From: Eledone cirrhosa
Lineage: Eukaryota
Length of the DNA: 64,000 nucleotides
NCBI GenBank assembly: GCA_964016885.1
Contig: OZ024743.1
Location: 166,408,001 to 166,472,000, forward strand
Reading direction: 5' to 3'
Shown here: positions 39,130-54,410 of the stretch, piece by piece
Layout of the letters: each line of letters starts with the position of its first letter
Position numbering within the stretch: position 1 is the first letter of the stretch
Position numbers and translations under genes: made by a program
The notes under the pieces: generated by a model
The model's database searches: none
What the model was told of the DNA's origin: nothing
The model's input: only the letters and a program-made list of their open reading frames with translations

Positions 39130-39480
39130 AAGAACAAAAACTGCTCTTTTGATGGGCTTCCACATAGTTTTCACCTAGCAAATTTCATTAACATATCTTT
39201 ATTTGTCCCAAAGGTACAGTGAAAAACAATTACAGTGGGATCTCGCCTCAAACCATGTAGCGATACTTCTTGACCACACAACCATGTCTGTACTTATTGA
39301 TTTATGATCAAAGCCATTCTCGTCATGACTATTGTTTTTTTTTCAGGTGGTTTTCGTTCTTGTAAAGGCATGTGGTTTAGTGGTTCAGGTGTTGGTTTCA
39401 CAGTCATAAGGTTGTGGCTTTTATACCTATATTGGGTGGCGCATTGTATTCTTCAGAAAAAAACTTTATTTTCTTGTGGC
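39130..39480. mobile_element. Two old tRNA-derived SINE remnants (- at 39130-39292, + at 39365-39480)
   Basis: Degenerate A-box heads (ggcatgtggtttagtggtt; on the minus strand catggttgtgtggtcaagaag). Confidence 0.5.
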
Positions 39481-40192
39481 TCCTTCTGCCAGGGGTTACA
39501 ACTAGCAGATAGTATAAGCAATGGAAAAACCAATAGAAACATTGTTCCTTTGATCTGATCTTTCCTTTTTTTATCCTTTAACACATTATTCAAGATGTTC
39601 TTTTTCATGGCACCCCAAGATACCAGGTTATTTATTTCAAACCCATGACAAGTAGATCCTAAATGACTGTCTTCCAGCAGAACTGACTATTCTTTTTCAA
39701 TCAATCTGTATGCTTGAGACTTTCTCTCTTTTTCTAACTATCCTGCTCCCATATGTATATATGTATTAATAGGTGTCATCTCAATTACATTTGGTCCAGA
39801 AATGGCAAATCCTCATCACCATCATTACCACCACTACCACCATCATCATATAATGTCCACTTTTTCAAGTGGCATTGGCTGGGTGGGTCATCACAAACCC
39901 AGTCAATCTATACTTTAATAAAGGGAGGAGTGTGGGACTGTCGTTTTTTATCCTGTTAGTAAAATAAGTTGGATTACTTTGAATAAATAATAAATGAATA
40001 TTATATAATTAATGTACTAAATTTCGTAGCTCTTCATTAAACATAAATAATTTTATTGCTTATTTCAAGATTCACTTCGTTTAAAAGTTTCAAATTTCAA
40101 CTTCTAGTATATTGCGCTGATAACATTTTGCTGTAAAGTCAGGTTTGTTAGCATAGCCAGGATGTTGTGTATATAAATAATGTATGTATAAA

Positions 40193-40377
40193 TAATTGTT
40201 TCTACTTTTGGCACAAGGCCAGCAATTACCCCAGTGCATTACTGGTACTTTATTTTATCGACCCCGTAAGGATGAAAGGCAAAGTCAACCTCGGCGGGAT
40301 TTGAACTCAGATCGTAAAGGGACGTAACTCTATGCTGCAAAGCATGGCGTCCAACCCGCTACCGATACTGCCAATCC
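40193..40377 (-). mobile_element. Nin-domain SINE
   Basis: Same family as 5316. Confidence 0.9.
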
Positions 40378-40897
40378 AATGAAAATTATTGTGCATTATG
40401 ACTGTTCTCCTTCTTCTTTGATTTTATAAAATTAGTATCAATAAACCTTACTATAACCACCACCACCACTTTAACTACCATATATATATATATATAGACA
40501 GAGCAAGCAAGAAAGAAAGAGAGAGATTGTGTGGGTGAGTGTATGAAGAGAGAGATACAGAGAGATAGAGTGACTATATGCCAGATATATATACTAGAAT
40601 TTTTTTCCATATGCTGACGCATATGTCGAATAACATTCAGCATCAGCACATTCTGCTGCTACCTCTGTTGGTATGACTACCTCATACTACTCCTCTCTCT
40701 TTATGTCTGATGTAAGAAATAGCAGACGATCATACATTTATATGTATGACTATAATAATAATAATATTATTTATAGTTATGTATACACTATATACAACTA
40801 TAAACAGGAAAGGTCAGTAATTCATTACTACCAGTAAGAAAAATAGCTCAATGTAAATACATGAGATGTTTTACAGAGTAGGAATATAAATGACAAT

Positions 40898-41541
40898 ATA
40901 ATCAAAGCTATGTTCAAATCATTTTATTGCTGACAATCGTTTCTTCCAAACTTTCATTTGGAATCATTGGAGCACTAGCAATGTTTGTACATATAATTAA
41001 CCTCCTATTCAACTGAACAATCATATAGATACATGGATATTAATGTTGTCAACAACAGTTTTGTATTTACAGAGTGGAATGGATGCGACATATATTATAC
41101 GAGAATTGTACAATAATTAAAATTAAAAATTAAAACGACACAGAGTGGAATGCATGCGACAGAGATTACAAGGGAATAGTATAATAATTAAAGAGGCATT
41201 AAGGTAGAAAGATACTCGAAAAACGAGGACACTAGCAGTACGCCTCTTTAATTATTATACTATTCCCTTGTAATTTCTGTCGCATGCATCCCACTCTGTG
41301 CCTTTTTAATTTTAAATTTTAATTATTGTACAATTCTCTTGTAATCTATGTCGCATCCATTCCACTATGTAAATACAAAACTGTTGCTGACAAGATTAAT
41401 ATCCATGTATCTATCTGATTGTTCAGTTGAATAGGAGGTTAATTATATGTACAAACATTGCTAGTGCTCCGATGATTCCAAACGAAAGTTTGGAAGAAAC
41501 GATTGTCAGCAATAAAATGATTTGAACATAGCTTTGATTAT
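40898..41541. repeat. Long inverted repeat (300-bp arms, 44-nt spacer)
   Basis: 40898-41197 is the reverse complement of 41242-41541 with scattered substitutions. Confidence 0.95.
41465..41511 (+). ncRNA. Minimal type I hammerhead ribozyme, CCGAUGA core variant (mirror copy at 40928-40974, - strand)
   Basis: tgct-CCGATGA-ttccaaac(gaaa)gtttggaa-GAAAC-gatt-GTC-agca, followed by AATAAA. Confidence 0.7.
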
Positions 41542-41679
41542 TGTGTAATTTATATGTATGACTATATAAATAAAATCACGCAAAAACAGACACACTTACA
41601 GACATACATTCACACATTCTTAAGTGGTAATAGGTATGCTATATTTTTATCACTTTATCACATCGCTTATGAATCATTA

Positions 41680-43093
41680 TCATAATATAATAAAGGGAGG
41701 AGTGCAGGACTGCATCCTGAATATATTTTTTCATCCCGTTTGTAAAAGAAGTTGGATTACTTTGAATAAATAATGAATGAATATTATAATTTATGTACTA
41801 AATTTCGTAACTCTTGATAAACAATTTTAATACTTATTTCAAGATTCACTTCTTTAAATTTTTCAAATGTCAACATTTCAGGTTAGCATCCGTTATATAA
41901 ATGTTCATATATTTGCATCGTTATATAAGGTTTATATTTCCGTCACTAATTTTTTCCTAATGCAGTTTATAATATATTGTCCTTTTTAAATGTATCATGG
42001 ATTACATTACTGATTGCAGAAGAGAGTGTAACACAGTCTCTCTTCAATTTCTGTGCATATTCTCAATTATGATTTTATTTGATGTATCATATCTAAATGT
42101 ATATACATTTGCATATAATATCAATATGCACATAAATTCTGGCTATGCTGGAATCAAGAGGACTGAGAGTAAACCTAGCTAAGACAAAAGTGTTGATGAG
42201 TAGGAAAGACGACAAAACTCTGATTCCATCAGGGAAATGGCCATGTCTAGTATGTAGGAAAGGAGTTGGCATAAATTCTATAAAATGTACACACTGCAGA
42301 TCTTGGGTACACAAGAGATGTAGTGGGAAAGCAGGCAAACTAACATGTAGGGAAAACTACATATGCAGTAGATGTACAGGGAAATTTGACAGTAGAAGTC
42401 GCAGTGATAGACACATTTTTCAAATGTGGGTAGGACCTACAGAGGTGGTTGATAGCTTCCAATACCTAGGTGATAAGATTACTAAGGGAGGAGGGTGCTC
42501 CGAGGCCATAGTATCCAGAATAAGGACGGGTAGGAAGAAGTTTAGGGAGCTGCTTCCTCTGTTGACAAAGAAGGCTTTCTCCCTACGAACGAAAGGCCAG
42601 TTATATGATGCCTGTGTGAGATGCACAATGCTGCTTGGTTGTGAGACAAGGGCAGCAACTGTGGAATATATGCGACGGTTGGAGAGAAATGAAGCAAGCA
42701 TGCTCCATTGGATGTCCAATGTCAATGTGCATGAATGACCAAGTATAGACGAGTTGAGAGAGAAACTGTGTATAAGAGGGATAGGCTGTAGTGTGTGGGA
42801 GAGAAGATTGCATTGGTATGGACATGTGATGCGCATAGAGGATGACTGCCAAGAAATCCCAGTAGAAGGAAGGCGCAGTCGAGGAAGACCACGAAAAACA
42901 TGAGTGGAGGGGCTGAGAGCAGACCTCAGATCACTGAAGCTCACGGAGGAGATGACAAAGGAGTGTGACGAATGGAGCGATGCCGTGCTTAATAGGACCC
43001 ATCCACCCTTGCAAGCAGGGAAAAGCAGATGTAAAATGATGATGATGATGACATGCTAGCAGAAAACCACCCATAGGGTGGTTTTTCTGCTAG
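41680..43093 (+). mobile_element. Nested non-autonomous Helitron carrying an RTE 3' fragment (42143-43050)
   Basis: 5' end homologous to 39907, subterminal region homologous to 45740-45860, hairpin and CTAG|t at 43093. Confidence 0.75.
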
Positions 43094-46000
43094 TATATAT
43101 AAACGTTCATATATTTCCATTGTTCTTTCATAAGGTTTATATTTCCCATCACTCGTTTATTTCAAAGATTTCTTTTTTTTTTTTTTCATTTTAATATATA
43201 ATTATACATACATGACAGAAAGTGAACATGGGATGCAGAAAACATTTCTCATCTAAATCTCAACGCTTAGCAGCAGACACAGTGACAAAGAGAGATAAGG
43301 GCAAATCAATCAAACAATAATTGCTCTAAAACATCCCAACAAATTTCTACAAATGTAGTTCAGTTAACACACCAACAACAACTTGCAACAAATACACCAA
43401 ATGTTCAGAGAGGAAGGAACAGGTCAATTGAAGGTCTGGCAAAGAATCCTACAGATGAACTTTTCCAAGAGCAAACTTTTCTTTCCATAATGCCACAACA
43501 TAATGCAGGGAGTTTCTTTGCCTCCGTTTGTTCACAATGCAAAGCTTATTGCTGGCCACATGAACCCAAATCTCTGTGCTGCTTCCAGGGAAAGTGAAAC
43601 TTCTTCAACTTCTTCCTCCTCCACTAAATATACTGAAATATTTCAATATCACTCAAGCGGGAAATTCTTTTCTCCATAAGATACGGGCATATAACAATGT
43701 GCTTGCCTTAGCTTCAATTGGTTGCAAACAGATTAGAGCACCAGGATTTAGTTCCACATTTAAGATCCAAGGTAAGATTTGTCATGTTATTGTATCACTA
43801 CTTCCAAGTGATGCTTCACCCAAGTTTGTGCAGCTTTACTTCTATGATACAGATCATGAGCTTCAGAATCGCTTGCGTCATGCTAATTTAGATGCTGTTG
43901 TCCTGCAGGACCTGCAAGAAGACTTGCACTTCTGCAACACGTATAGGCAGTCATTGAAATGCCAGTCTCTGAAAATGTGAATATTGTCCTACATGCTGAC
44001 AATAAAATAAAACCTACTGATTTTCATTGTCGCACATATAATCTTCCCATGGCATCCGAGATTGCTGTTATTCAACCTGATACAGCATTAGGTCTCTTGG
44101 ATGTCATCATTCATAAAAGAGATAGTGGTCTTCAGAGGATTCATCAGTTGCACTGTTCTTATGATCCTTTGCATTATGTGCTACTGTTTCCTTGGGGGAA
44201 TGATGGGTTTCAGGTTGGTTTGAAAAGGATTGACAACAACCACACACTCAGACCCATTGATTTCTACTGTTATCGGTTTCAGGTTAGGCAAGGTGACTGT
44301 AACATTATGATGAAGAGCAGGCGGCTGATGCAACAATATTCTGTAGATGCCCAGGCAAAAATAGAACATTGTTGCCTCAAATGGGCCCACAACAATCAAA
44401 CCATGATACGAGCTGAAAAGTATGAGAGTTTGTATGATGCTGTGGCTGAAGGAGATTCAGTAAATGCAGGCCGGAGAATGGTTCTTCTTCCTTTAATCTA
44501 TGGTTCCCCTCGCTTCTACAGTGAGTGCTTCCAGAATTTGATGACTATGGTTTGACACATGGGAAAGCCATCTTATTTCATCACAGTAACAACTAACCCT
44601 AACTGGGATGAAATAAAACATAGTCTGCACCTTGGTGAAGAACTTAGGGACCATCTTGATATTTGTGCAAGAGTCTTCAAGATCAAGTATGACAGCCTCA
44701 TGGATGACATACTGAAAATAAATGTCCTAGGAAAAGTTGTGGCTCATTCTGCTACAATAGAGTGGCAGAAACGAGGCCTCACTCATGCTCATATTCAGCC
44801 GATAATGGCTGAAGATAGCAAGCCCCAAAACTGCTGATGTCATTGATTAGGTAGTGTACTGTGAGATTCCTGATAAAGAGACCAATCCAATTCTGCATAA
44901 GGTCATCACATCCTGCAACATTCATGGCCGATGTGGACAAGCTAATATGATGTGTTCATGTATGGAAGGGTTAGGACAACAACACCATTGTTCAAAAAGT
45001 TATTCTAAAGCATTCAGACAAACCACATTTGTTTCCAAAAATTCCTTTTTAGAGTACAGGCAGTTGCATCATGCTTCTGAGAAATCTGGATCCTCTAAAC
45101 AAGCATTGCAGTGGTACACGCTACATCATCATCAGTTTACATAATCATGTAATTGAAGCTGAAGTGGCGTTTGGTCCCAATGCTGGAACAAGATTGTTAA
45201 TCCCAAGGATACCTCATGTATCTCAAGAGCTTTAGTTCCCTTTCACTTTTACTTGCAAGCAATTTCCTGTCAAATCAGCCTTTGCCCTTACATGCAACAA
45301 AGCACAAAGGCAGACATTTGAGAATATATGTATATCTACCAACACAATTCTTCTCACATGTATTATCACGAGTTACAAAAAAAGAAAATATAAAAATATT
45401 AAATGAAAGGGTCTGTTTGCTGACAACTGTGTCTACAAAGAAATTCTACAGTGATGTGAAACAGCTATCACTCTCTTTTAGTTGAAATGCATTTCAGTTT
45501 CTTTTTGATTGCTAGAAAAAGGACACTACAAAAACTTAAGATGATGACGATATGTGAATACACTAAAACAACAATATAGCGAAGGTTAACTCTTCATATT
45601 GGTAGATATAATTGATTCATTTCCACCAGCATCATCTATTTTCAAATTCACTGCTTGAAGCTTCCCATCGACATTCTCAAGTGAAAATTCATCAACATTT
45701 TCCATCAACAGTTTCATTGCTTTTCCATCTTCATTATCGCCTTTTTTAAATGTATCGTGGATTACTTTACTGATTACAATTTATGTGCATATTGTCAATT
45801 TACTTTTCAATTTATATATCATATCTATATGCATATATATCAATATGTACACTACATATGCAAGAAGAAAACCGCCTGAAGGGTGATTCTTCTACTAGTA
45901 TACTTAATCAGACTGAGTGACTTTTCAGATGGACTAAGGGGCCTGTGTTTTACTTGCATATATTTATAGGGTGTGCTGGATGCATTTTATTGTGTGATCA

Positions 46001-46439
46001 GCACTAGGAAAGTTGTCACATCCTTGACACAACTGAAGAATCCTTTCAACAAATTGGCATGGTTTCTACAGATAGATGTCTTTCCAAATACCAACCACTT
46101 TACTTGGAGTATTGGGCACAGGCACTAGGGAGGTTGTCACAGCCTTGACACAGCTGAAATAGACTAAATGAATGTCAGTATTTAGAGATTTTGCTTCACA
46201 TTCAACTTCCACCTAAGTTGACTTTACTTTTCATACATCTAAAGTAGGTAGCAATAATGTATTGAACTCCATTCAGTCAAATATGAATAACTTTTCCCTG
46301 TAAATTTGAAGCCATATGCCAAAGTTAGAAATTAATTTATGATTCAATCAGATTAAGCAGTGGGTTAAGATGAAACAGAATAGATCACCAAAAGATAAAT
46401 TTAGAAGCTTATTCTTGGCTGGGAACTTCTCACTAAAAA

Positions 46440-47805
46440 GAAGGCACCTGTAGTACTTTCCCATGGCATGAAATCAAACCGCATCTCATCTAATTTGACT
46501 TTTTTCCTAATTAGCTGTACTATAACTCTTTCCCTCACTTTCATAACTTGGTCCATTAGTTTTATTCCTCTGTAGTTGCTCCTTTCTAGAGCATCACCTA
46601 ATTAGTTAAAAGCCTATCACTGAGGTGAGCTCTATATTTTGATCCCTTTATTCCATGTATAGTTATGGATGTCTCTGTTCATAAGAGACAGTCCATTGTT
46701 AGAACAGAAGTCTAATAAACCTCTCCATTTCTATTCAGATCTGGGTCGCTATTCCTTCCAATCACTCTTTCCATGTTAGGTGGTCAGTGCCAACATATAC
46801 ATTGAAGTCTCCCATCAGGATATATGACTCAGTCTTAACTGCAGTGAATTCATCAAAGAAGGATCTGTATTCGGACTCCTTGTTTGGTGCATAAACTTGC
46901 ACTACACATAGAGACCTCTCTTTCAGCCTAAGTTTCCAGAGGCAAATCCTCCCTCATAATGGTATCCAGTCCATAACACATTCTGACAGTTGGGGGCTTG
47001 TGAGTGTCCCCACTGCTGCCTGTGCAGTCACTTCTGAATAGTGTCACACCTGAATAGTGGAGTTTCCATCCTCCATCCAAATCTACAGTGTTAGAGCCTT
47101 GGTACTTTGTTGAGGAAACCCTGACTATATCTAGTCTGTAGCATCTAGACCCCTCCACTAGTTCCTGCTCCTTACCTGTGAGGGTTGTGATGTTCCAAGT
47201 TTCAATTGTCAAGGCTTGCTCCCTTCTGAACCCTCTTGGGGTCTCAGGATGTGTAATCTGCTATCAGGAATGCATCTGGGATTCTCCTCTCTTCAGAAAG
47301 GTGGATTTTTGTGCGGTGGAGAGAATACTTTGCTGATTTCCTAAACTCAATCACAGAATCTTCTGATGTACACGAGGTGCATTTGAGAGCGGTGATTAAT
47401 CTCTCAGAGGCTGAGGTCACAAGAGCGATGAAAGAGCAAAAGCTGCTGGGGAAGTTGAAATCAGGTCCAAGATGTTAAAAGTCTTAATTAGAGAAGGTAT
47501 TCTCTGGCTGACGCATGTGTGACAGGTGGCCTGAATCATTGGAAAAGCACTTAAGCAATGGCAATCAAGAGTGATAATCCCAATTTTCAAATAGGGAGAC
47601 AAGAAAGATTGTTCCAATTATATAGGATTTCCTTGTTAAGCCTCCCCAGTAAATTCTTTGATAAATGTCTGGCAAAGAGATGTAGGGAGATTATCGAGTC
47701 CAAGTTAGCTGATGAACAGTACAGTTTTTGCTGCGGACACAGCACAGCCAACCAAATATTCACACTGTAGCATATTCTTGAGAAATCGTGGGGATATTGC
47801 CAAGA
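46440..47805. mobile_element. RTE fragments (- at 46440-47230, + at 47290-47805)
   Basis: TWNITTLTGKEQELV, plus RT remnants similar to 21355-23440. Confidence 0.8.
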
Positions 47806-47807
47806 GG

Positions 47808-48700
47808 ATGATCTATCGCATGCAATCCTCTGGCTACAACTAAGAGACACAATCAGGGTGTACAAAGGGGCCATGGCAAAATACAAGATCCTCATATGGA
47901 CATGAAAGGGATTTGTCCACTGTACAGGAGCAAATAATGGAATATCATAGATAGGGCTAGGTGAACTAGCTAGTCGATTTGGAAAGGCCCTAAGAAAAAC
48001 CTATTTAAATGTTAAAGTGGTAGATAAGCCAGGAACTACCATAAAATCTCTGATCAGTATAACTTACTCCTTTAAGAAAACCTGCTGTACAAATAAGAAA
48101 TGTGTAATATGTAGAATAATTCCTCAAATAAATTGTAAAACTAGAAATGTAGTCTATAGCATAAGATGTACAGAGAGTGCTTGTAGAAATATGACAACAT
48201 ACATAGGAGAGACATAGGGGAGAAAATAGACGAACACTGGGGTGAACTAAAGGACAAAAAGACAATTCAGTACTATATGAACACACCAGACTGAAACATG
48301 ATGGTAAAATAGACAACATAGAAGTTAAAATAATACCTAAACATAGGAATGACTCAACAATTAGACAAATTAGGGAGGCTACAGAAATAGTATTAAGAAA
48401 ACACAGGCTGAATAGAAAATATGAATGGAACAACTACCCCATACACAAGCACACACTAGTGATCCAAGATAGAATATAAATATACACAGATGCAATAACA
48501 ACACCCACACACAATAGTGACAAAAGGTAGAATATAAACGCATGCAGACTCAGACATGAACACACGAGCACACACCAAACAGAATACATGCCCACAAACG
48601 CATGCGCAGAGACAACCAAACAAAAATAAAATGAACACGACAATCACTGAAGATGTCACAGATATATGTGACGAATGAACTTTGAGAAACTATATTTATA
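47808..48700 (+). mobile_element. Penelope-like 3' fragment (Naiad-like) with a broken HHR at 48647-48675
   Basis: RMQSSGY, PLYRSK.W, CVIC..CKTRNVVYSIRC..C..YIGET and RQIREA..LNRKYEW; CTGAAGA-t-gtcaca..tgtgac-GAAt. Confidence 0.7.
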
Positions 48701-48939
48701 TTCATATTTTTAACTGTTGGTCAATCAATGACATACTGATTGCCAGTTACATTATTTATAGAAATATAATAATATACTGAAGCGAAAAGCAAACCAAACA
48801 GTGTGTGTGTTTTACTATTTTTTCTAGCAATAAAATATTGCTTCCCAAATATAAAAATAGCTATTAAAATAAATAAAATAAATGCGTTTAGCATGATGAA
48901 AAAATCACAAATATACACGTTTATCCTACTAGCTGCTGC

Positions 48940-49045
48940 TATTAAAGTAAAATCTAGTGGAATTTCTGTATTCCCGTATTTTAATTTGGGATCTATGAAT
49001 GGTCATATGCTGATGAAGACTGCTTTTAGTTTGTCCTATGTAAGC
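48940..49045 (-). mobile_element. Small GIY-YIG fragment
   Basis: YIGQTKSSLHQHMTIHRSQI. Confidence 0.55.
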
Positions 49046-49059
49046 GATCATTACCATAA

Positions 49060-51515
49060 ATGAAGAGATACTGAAAGAACTGAAGAAAATCAACACAAAC
49101 CTGTTAACACTCTTCGACTCGACACGTGAACTCCAATAAGAGAACAATGAGGAAACCAATACCAAAAATAAAACTTCCGAAATCGGCGAAAAACTTGAAA
49201 ACCTATGCGAAACAATCAAAACATTTTTTTTCAAATAACGCGAACCAAGGAGAAGCGAACGAGGAACCATTTGAAATTAATACACTAACAACATACAAAT
49301 AAAAAAAAAACAAATAAAAAACACATAGTACCACAATGGAACACATCACTCAGAGACAGAAAGTTCTCCCTTTGGAAGATGATCCAAAACAACAAAGCAG
49401 AGGTATACGAAACATGGCCCAATTCAACACCATTAATTCTACCCCGCAAACTACAGATAAAACCCATTACAGATGAACCCGAGTCACAAAGACGCCTTAA
49501 GGAAAGAACGGCACTGGAAAAAAATGAAGATGGAAATTGAACTTCTAAAGTTGAGAGCTCAGACAAATGAGGATAAATAAAATACATCGATGAAGTGAGC
49601 AACCAAGAAATTAACGAAAAAACTCAAGTCTCCAAACTAGAAAAGATCTCTAAACTATGGATAGAAGATTGTAACAAGGAGGAACTGAAATTCCTTCAAC
49701 GCTGGGAAAAAAGCGAAACTTAGTTTTTAAACTATGGAACGATCTTTCAAACAGAATACGCTTCCAACAACCCGTTCATAAAAACACGAAAACCTAAACT
49801 TATAACAAAATACTGGGTTGTATAAGTATAACAAGAGACGTGATTTGTGTGTATAATATTTAATTAACAATTTGTGGATATATAGAACAGTATAGTTGAC
49901 ATGTCAATGAATAGATGAGAGAATGAAGCAAAGTTATTAGTTACCGTTTGGTTGCTAGGCGAACGCGCCTGGCCGAAAAGGCAAAAAAGAGAGAGGGAGC
50001 TGAAAGTTATTCGTTTTATAGGGTTGGAACGTAAGTTACAGAAAGGGTTCTACTTCCTATCTAGAGAGCGTTAATCTATTGGTGATGTGAATGTCACAAG
50101 GGAGGCAACTCCTGCTACACACCACTCAGACACAGATCAACAATCAACAAAAAAACACAACCTTCTCTACCAAAAAAAGAAGACAAAACCTAACCCTTAC
50201 TTCATAACCCAACCGCGCAGCAACAACGCGGGTATCCCAGCAAAAACAAAGAAATAAGAAATCATCACCCCCCACAATGGACATTACAACTTAAGGAGAT
50301 ACCAACGGAATTTTTTTTCTTACAATCCTCTTAACAACCATGCACAACTAAGCCATACCACACGATATAATTACCAACGAACGACCCTTGAAACACCACA
50401 ACTGAACATGAAATATAGGGACGGACAACCGTACATTAAATATAGGGACGCTCTTATCAATCCCCAACCACGAACCTGAACACTATATCACAACAACAGG
50501 AAACAACACAACCACAGGCGACAACTAAGCAACAGCGACCGACCCAGCTACCGTAATAATTTTTTAGACCCAGTACACAGACACAGGGAAACGAGATGAT
50601 ATCAGACGTACAGGAGATCAAAAGTGATAAAAAATAATTTATATAACTAATAAAGAACTAACATCAGACCAAATCAACACACTCTCAAAAGAGCTGAAAT
50701 TTACCCCACCCCACCCCACCCCACCACATCCAAACTAGTATGAAATGAAAAAAGACATTGCAGAATTCTGTAGAAAATTACGACTCAATGAGGAACTATA
50801 CGACAAGTACAACGAGAACGAATAGTTAGTTAGAAATAGAAGTAAATACACCCCATCAAAAGGTAAGAATCAAATTTTCGACCATTTTTGCGAACACATC
50901 ACGAATTACCCATATCAACACTTAAACAAAAACACAGGCCAAACTTCAGCAAGAATGAATTGGATCAGCTAAACAGATTAAAGGACGATAAAACTATAAC
51001 AATCAAAGAGCCCGATAAAGGGAATGCGGTAGACTTAATGGGGATGGAATATTTTACAACTCTACTGCTCTCCATTTTAGAAGACGAAACATACTACAAA
51101 AAGGCCTAGCAGAAAATAATGAGAAACCTAAAAACTCTGATAAACCTATACAGAGAAGGACTTACCGATAAAGAATATGACTATATCACTGACTTCAAAA
51201 GTAAATCCTGTCTTTTTTACTGTATCCCTAAGATACACAAAAATGAAAAAATAAGTATGGCATGCAAGGGAGCTACAGATATATTCATCAAGGCTCCTTC
51301 ACCTAACGACCTCAAATTAAGACCTATAATAGCAGACCCTGCATGCAAAACCCACCACCCCAGCAACTTTCTGGATACCTATTAAAACCATTCCTTAAAC
51401 ACATTAAAAGCTACATAAGGGATGGCCTTGATATACTCAACCACCTCCCTAAAACATTTAACAATGAGCAAACCCTACTAGTGTCTTTTGATGTAGTCAA
51501 CCTATATTCCAATAT
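49060..51515 (+). mobile_element. Decayed Penelope-like element, N-terminus to start of RT
   Basis: LSK.LKFTP, FCRKLRL, IKEPDKGNAV, IPKIHK, KLRPIIA and [13 protein letters not shown]. Ends in a microsatellite. Confidence 0.85.
49819..50119 (-). mobile_element. Possible solo LTR inserted in the PLE
   Basis: 300-bp TG..CA segment with a different composition and ctataaaa on the minus strand. No TSD seen. Confidence 0.3.
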
Positions 51516-53075
<1,560 letters not shown>

Positions 53076-53510
53076 TTGGCATATAGTTGATTAGTTTAAG
53101 AGAATTTCGAAGATAATTGTAAGATATGCACTCAGTATTTTGAATCTGTCTACAGAATTCTCTAAACCTTTGTCACTTAGTAGAACCTTAACGATTTTAG
53201 CTTTTAAAGAATCTCCCCTTTCTTTTATTCTATCTATCATGACTGACCCCCCACTGATCTTATAGACATCTGTTAGCTTAAGAGAAACTTAATGACAAGG
53301 AATGGTATGCCATCCGGAACCTGTTTATAGAATTCTGTCTGCCTTTGTTACTCTAAAAACATAAATAAATAAAAATAAACTATAGCTTTGTAGAATTAGC
53401 TTTTAATGAATTCCCTTTTCTATCAACCAATGACCTACACCCATCCCACTCCCCACCCTCTCCTACCACTTGTAGAGACCTATAAATACCATTTTTATTT
53501 TTTGATACCC

Positions 53511-53561
53511 AGATTCCTGATGATTTCTAAAGAATGAAACAGTTCTAGTCCTGTAGAATCT
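53511..53561 (+). ncRNA. Type I hammerhead ribozyme
   Basis: agattc-CTGATGA-tttctaaagaat-GAAA-cag(ttctagtc)ctg-TA-gaatct. Stem II is weak, with a U-U at its base. Confidence 0.7.
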
Positions 53562-53643
53562 CATCTATATTAAAACTTTTATACTCTTCTACGTATTGAG
53601 TACCTTACTTACTGTGGTTACTTCCGATTCAACCCGGAATAAC

Positions 53644-53696
<53 letters not shown>

Positions 53697-54410
53697 TCGT
53701 TTTGGAAGTTTCAACAATGCAGAGGGGTAAATCTCCGGGTATCAAAATCAGGTGGTATTGAGCTGGGAGAGAAGTAGGAGGAAACGTAGAAAGAGACACA
53801 GAGAACGTAAACGAACGTAAGAAAGGTGTAAAAATAACAAGAGATAGAGTTACTTTGGAAGCGATTTAATAGTCCCTGTATTTCGAATTTCATATCCATC
53901 AACAGGGAGGATTGGCTCAAGGTAACCCATGGCAGTTATGGACCCGACTCCAGTATTGATCTGCTCCTCAGACTGGTGATATAACAAAAAATATATTTTT
54001 GTTGTGGTATGTGAGATGAAAAGATATGCATATATAAGCATCGGCCCTATTTTTTGTGTGGGGGCGTATGTGTGTTGTCGTGCAATTGGTGGGGAAGAAA
54101 TACTGGTGTGTATTTTTTCACAGATATTCATGTGAGTATTTGCGTGTGCATGCGAGCATGTAAAGATTCGTATGTGTGTAGGTGTGCGCATGGGCGCGTA
54201 TTAGAATAGGTTTGGGACATCCGAAGACTGGCTTTGGTGTAAACAGGAAGCTAAAAGGGAGGGTGACCTTATTGGCGGGGTGTGGGTGTGTTACGCTTGG
54301 AAGACCCAGTGCTAGTTCATCATATCATTAAAGACAGTTCAAGTTTTTGTCAAAAAATGAAACAAATTAAAAAAGAATTAATAGGTTTTTAGAAGAATGA
54401 TAGAGGATGT

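Larger units (their letters stand above)
39907..45898 (+). mobile_element. Composite Helitron with decayed RepHel (43540-45420)
   Basis: 5' a|TCtatactttaataaagggagg; YDPLHYVLLFP, FITVTTNPNW, EWQKRGLTHAH (HUH); helicase mostly deleted; 3' hairpin and CTAG|t at 45898. Confidence 0.85.

Noticed and set aside
39335-39558. Strong acceptor and 84-aa ORF
   Set aside because: It runs into a degenerate SINE head, and the frame compatible with the 20424 exon stops after five codons.
47808-48435. Selenocysteine recoding, as reported for some Naiad PLEs
   Set aside because: The Cys positions I can read are TGT/TGC, and I recognised no SECIS.
49010-49040. CTGATGA followed by a stem
   Set aside because: There is no GAAA or stem III, and it is the antisense of a GIY-YIG coding fragment.
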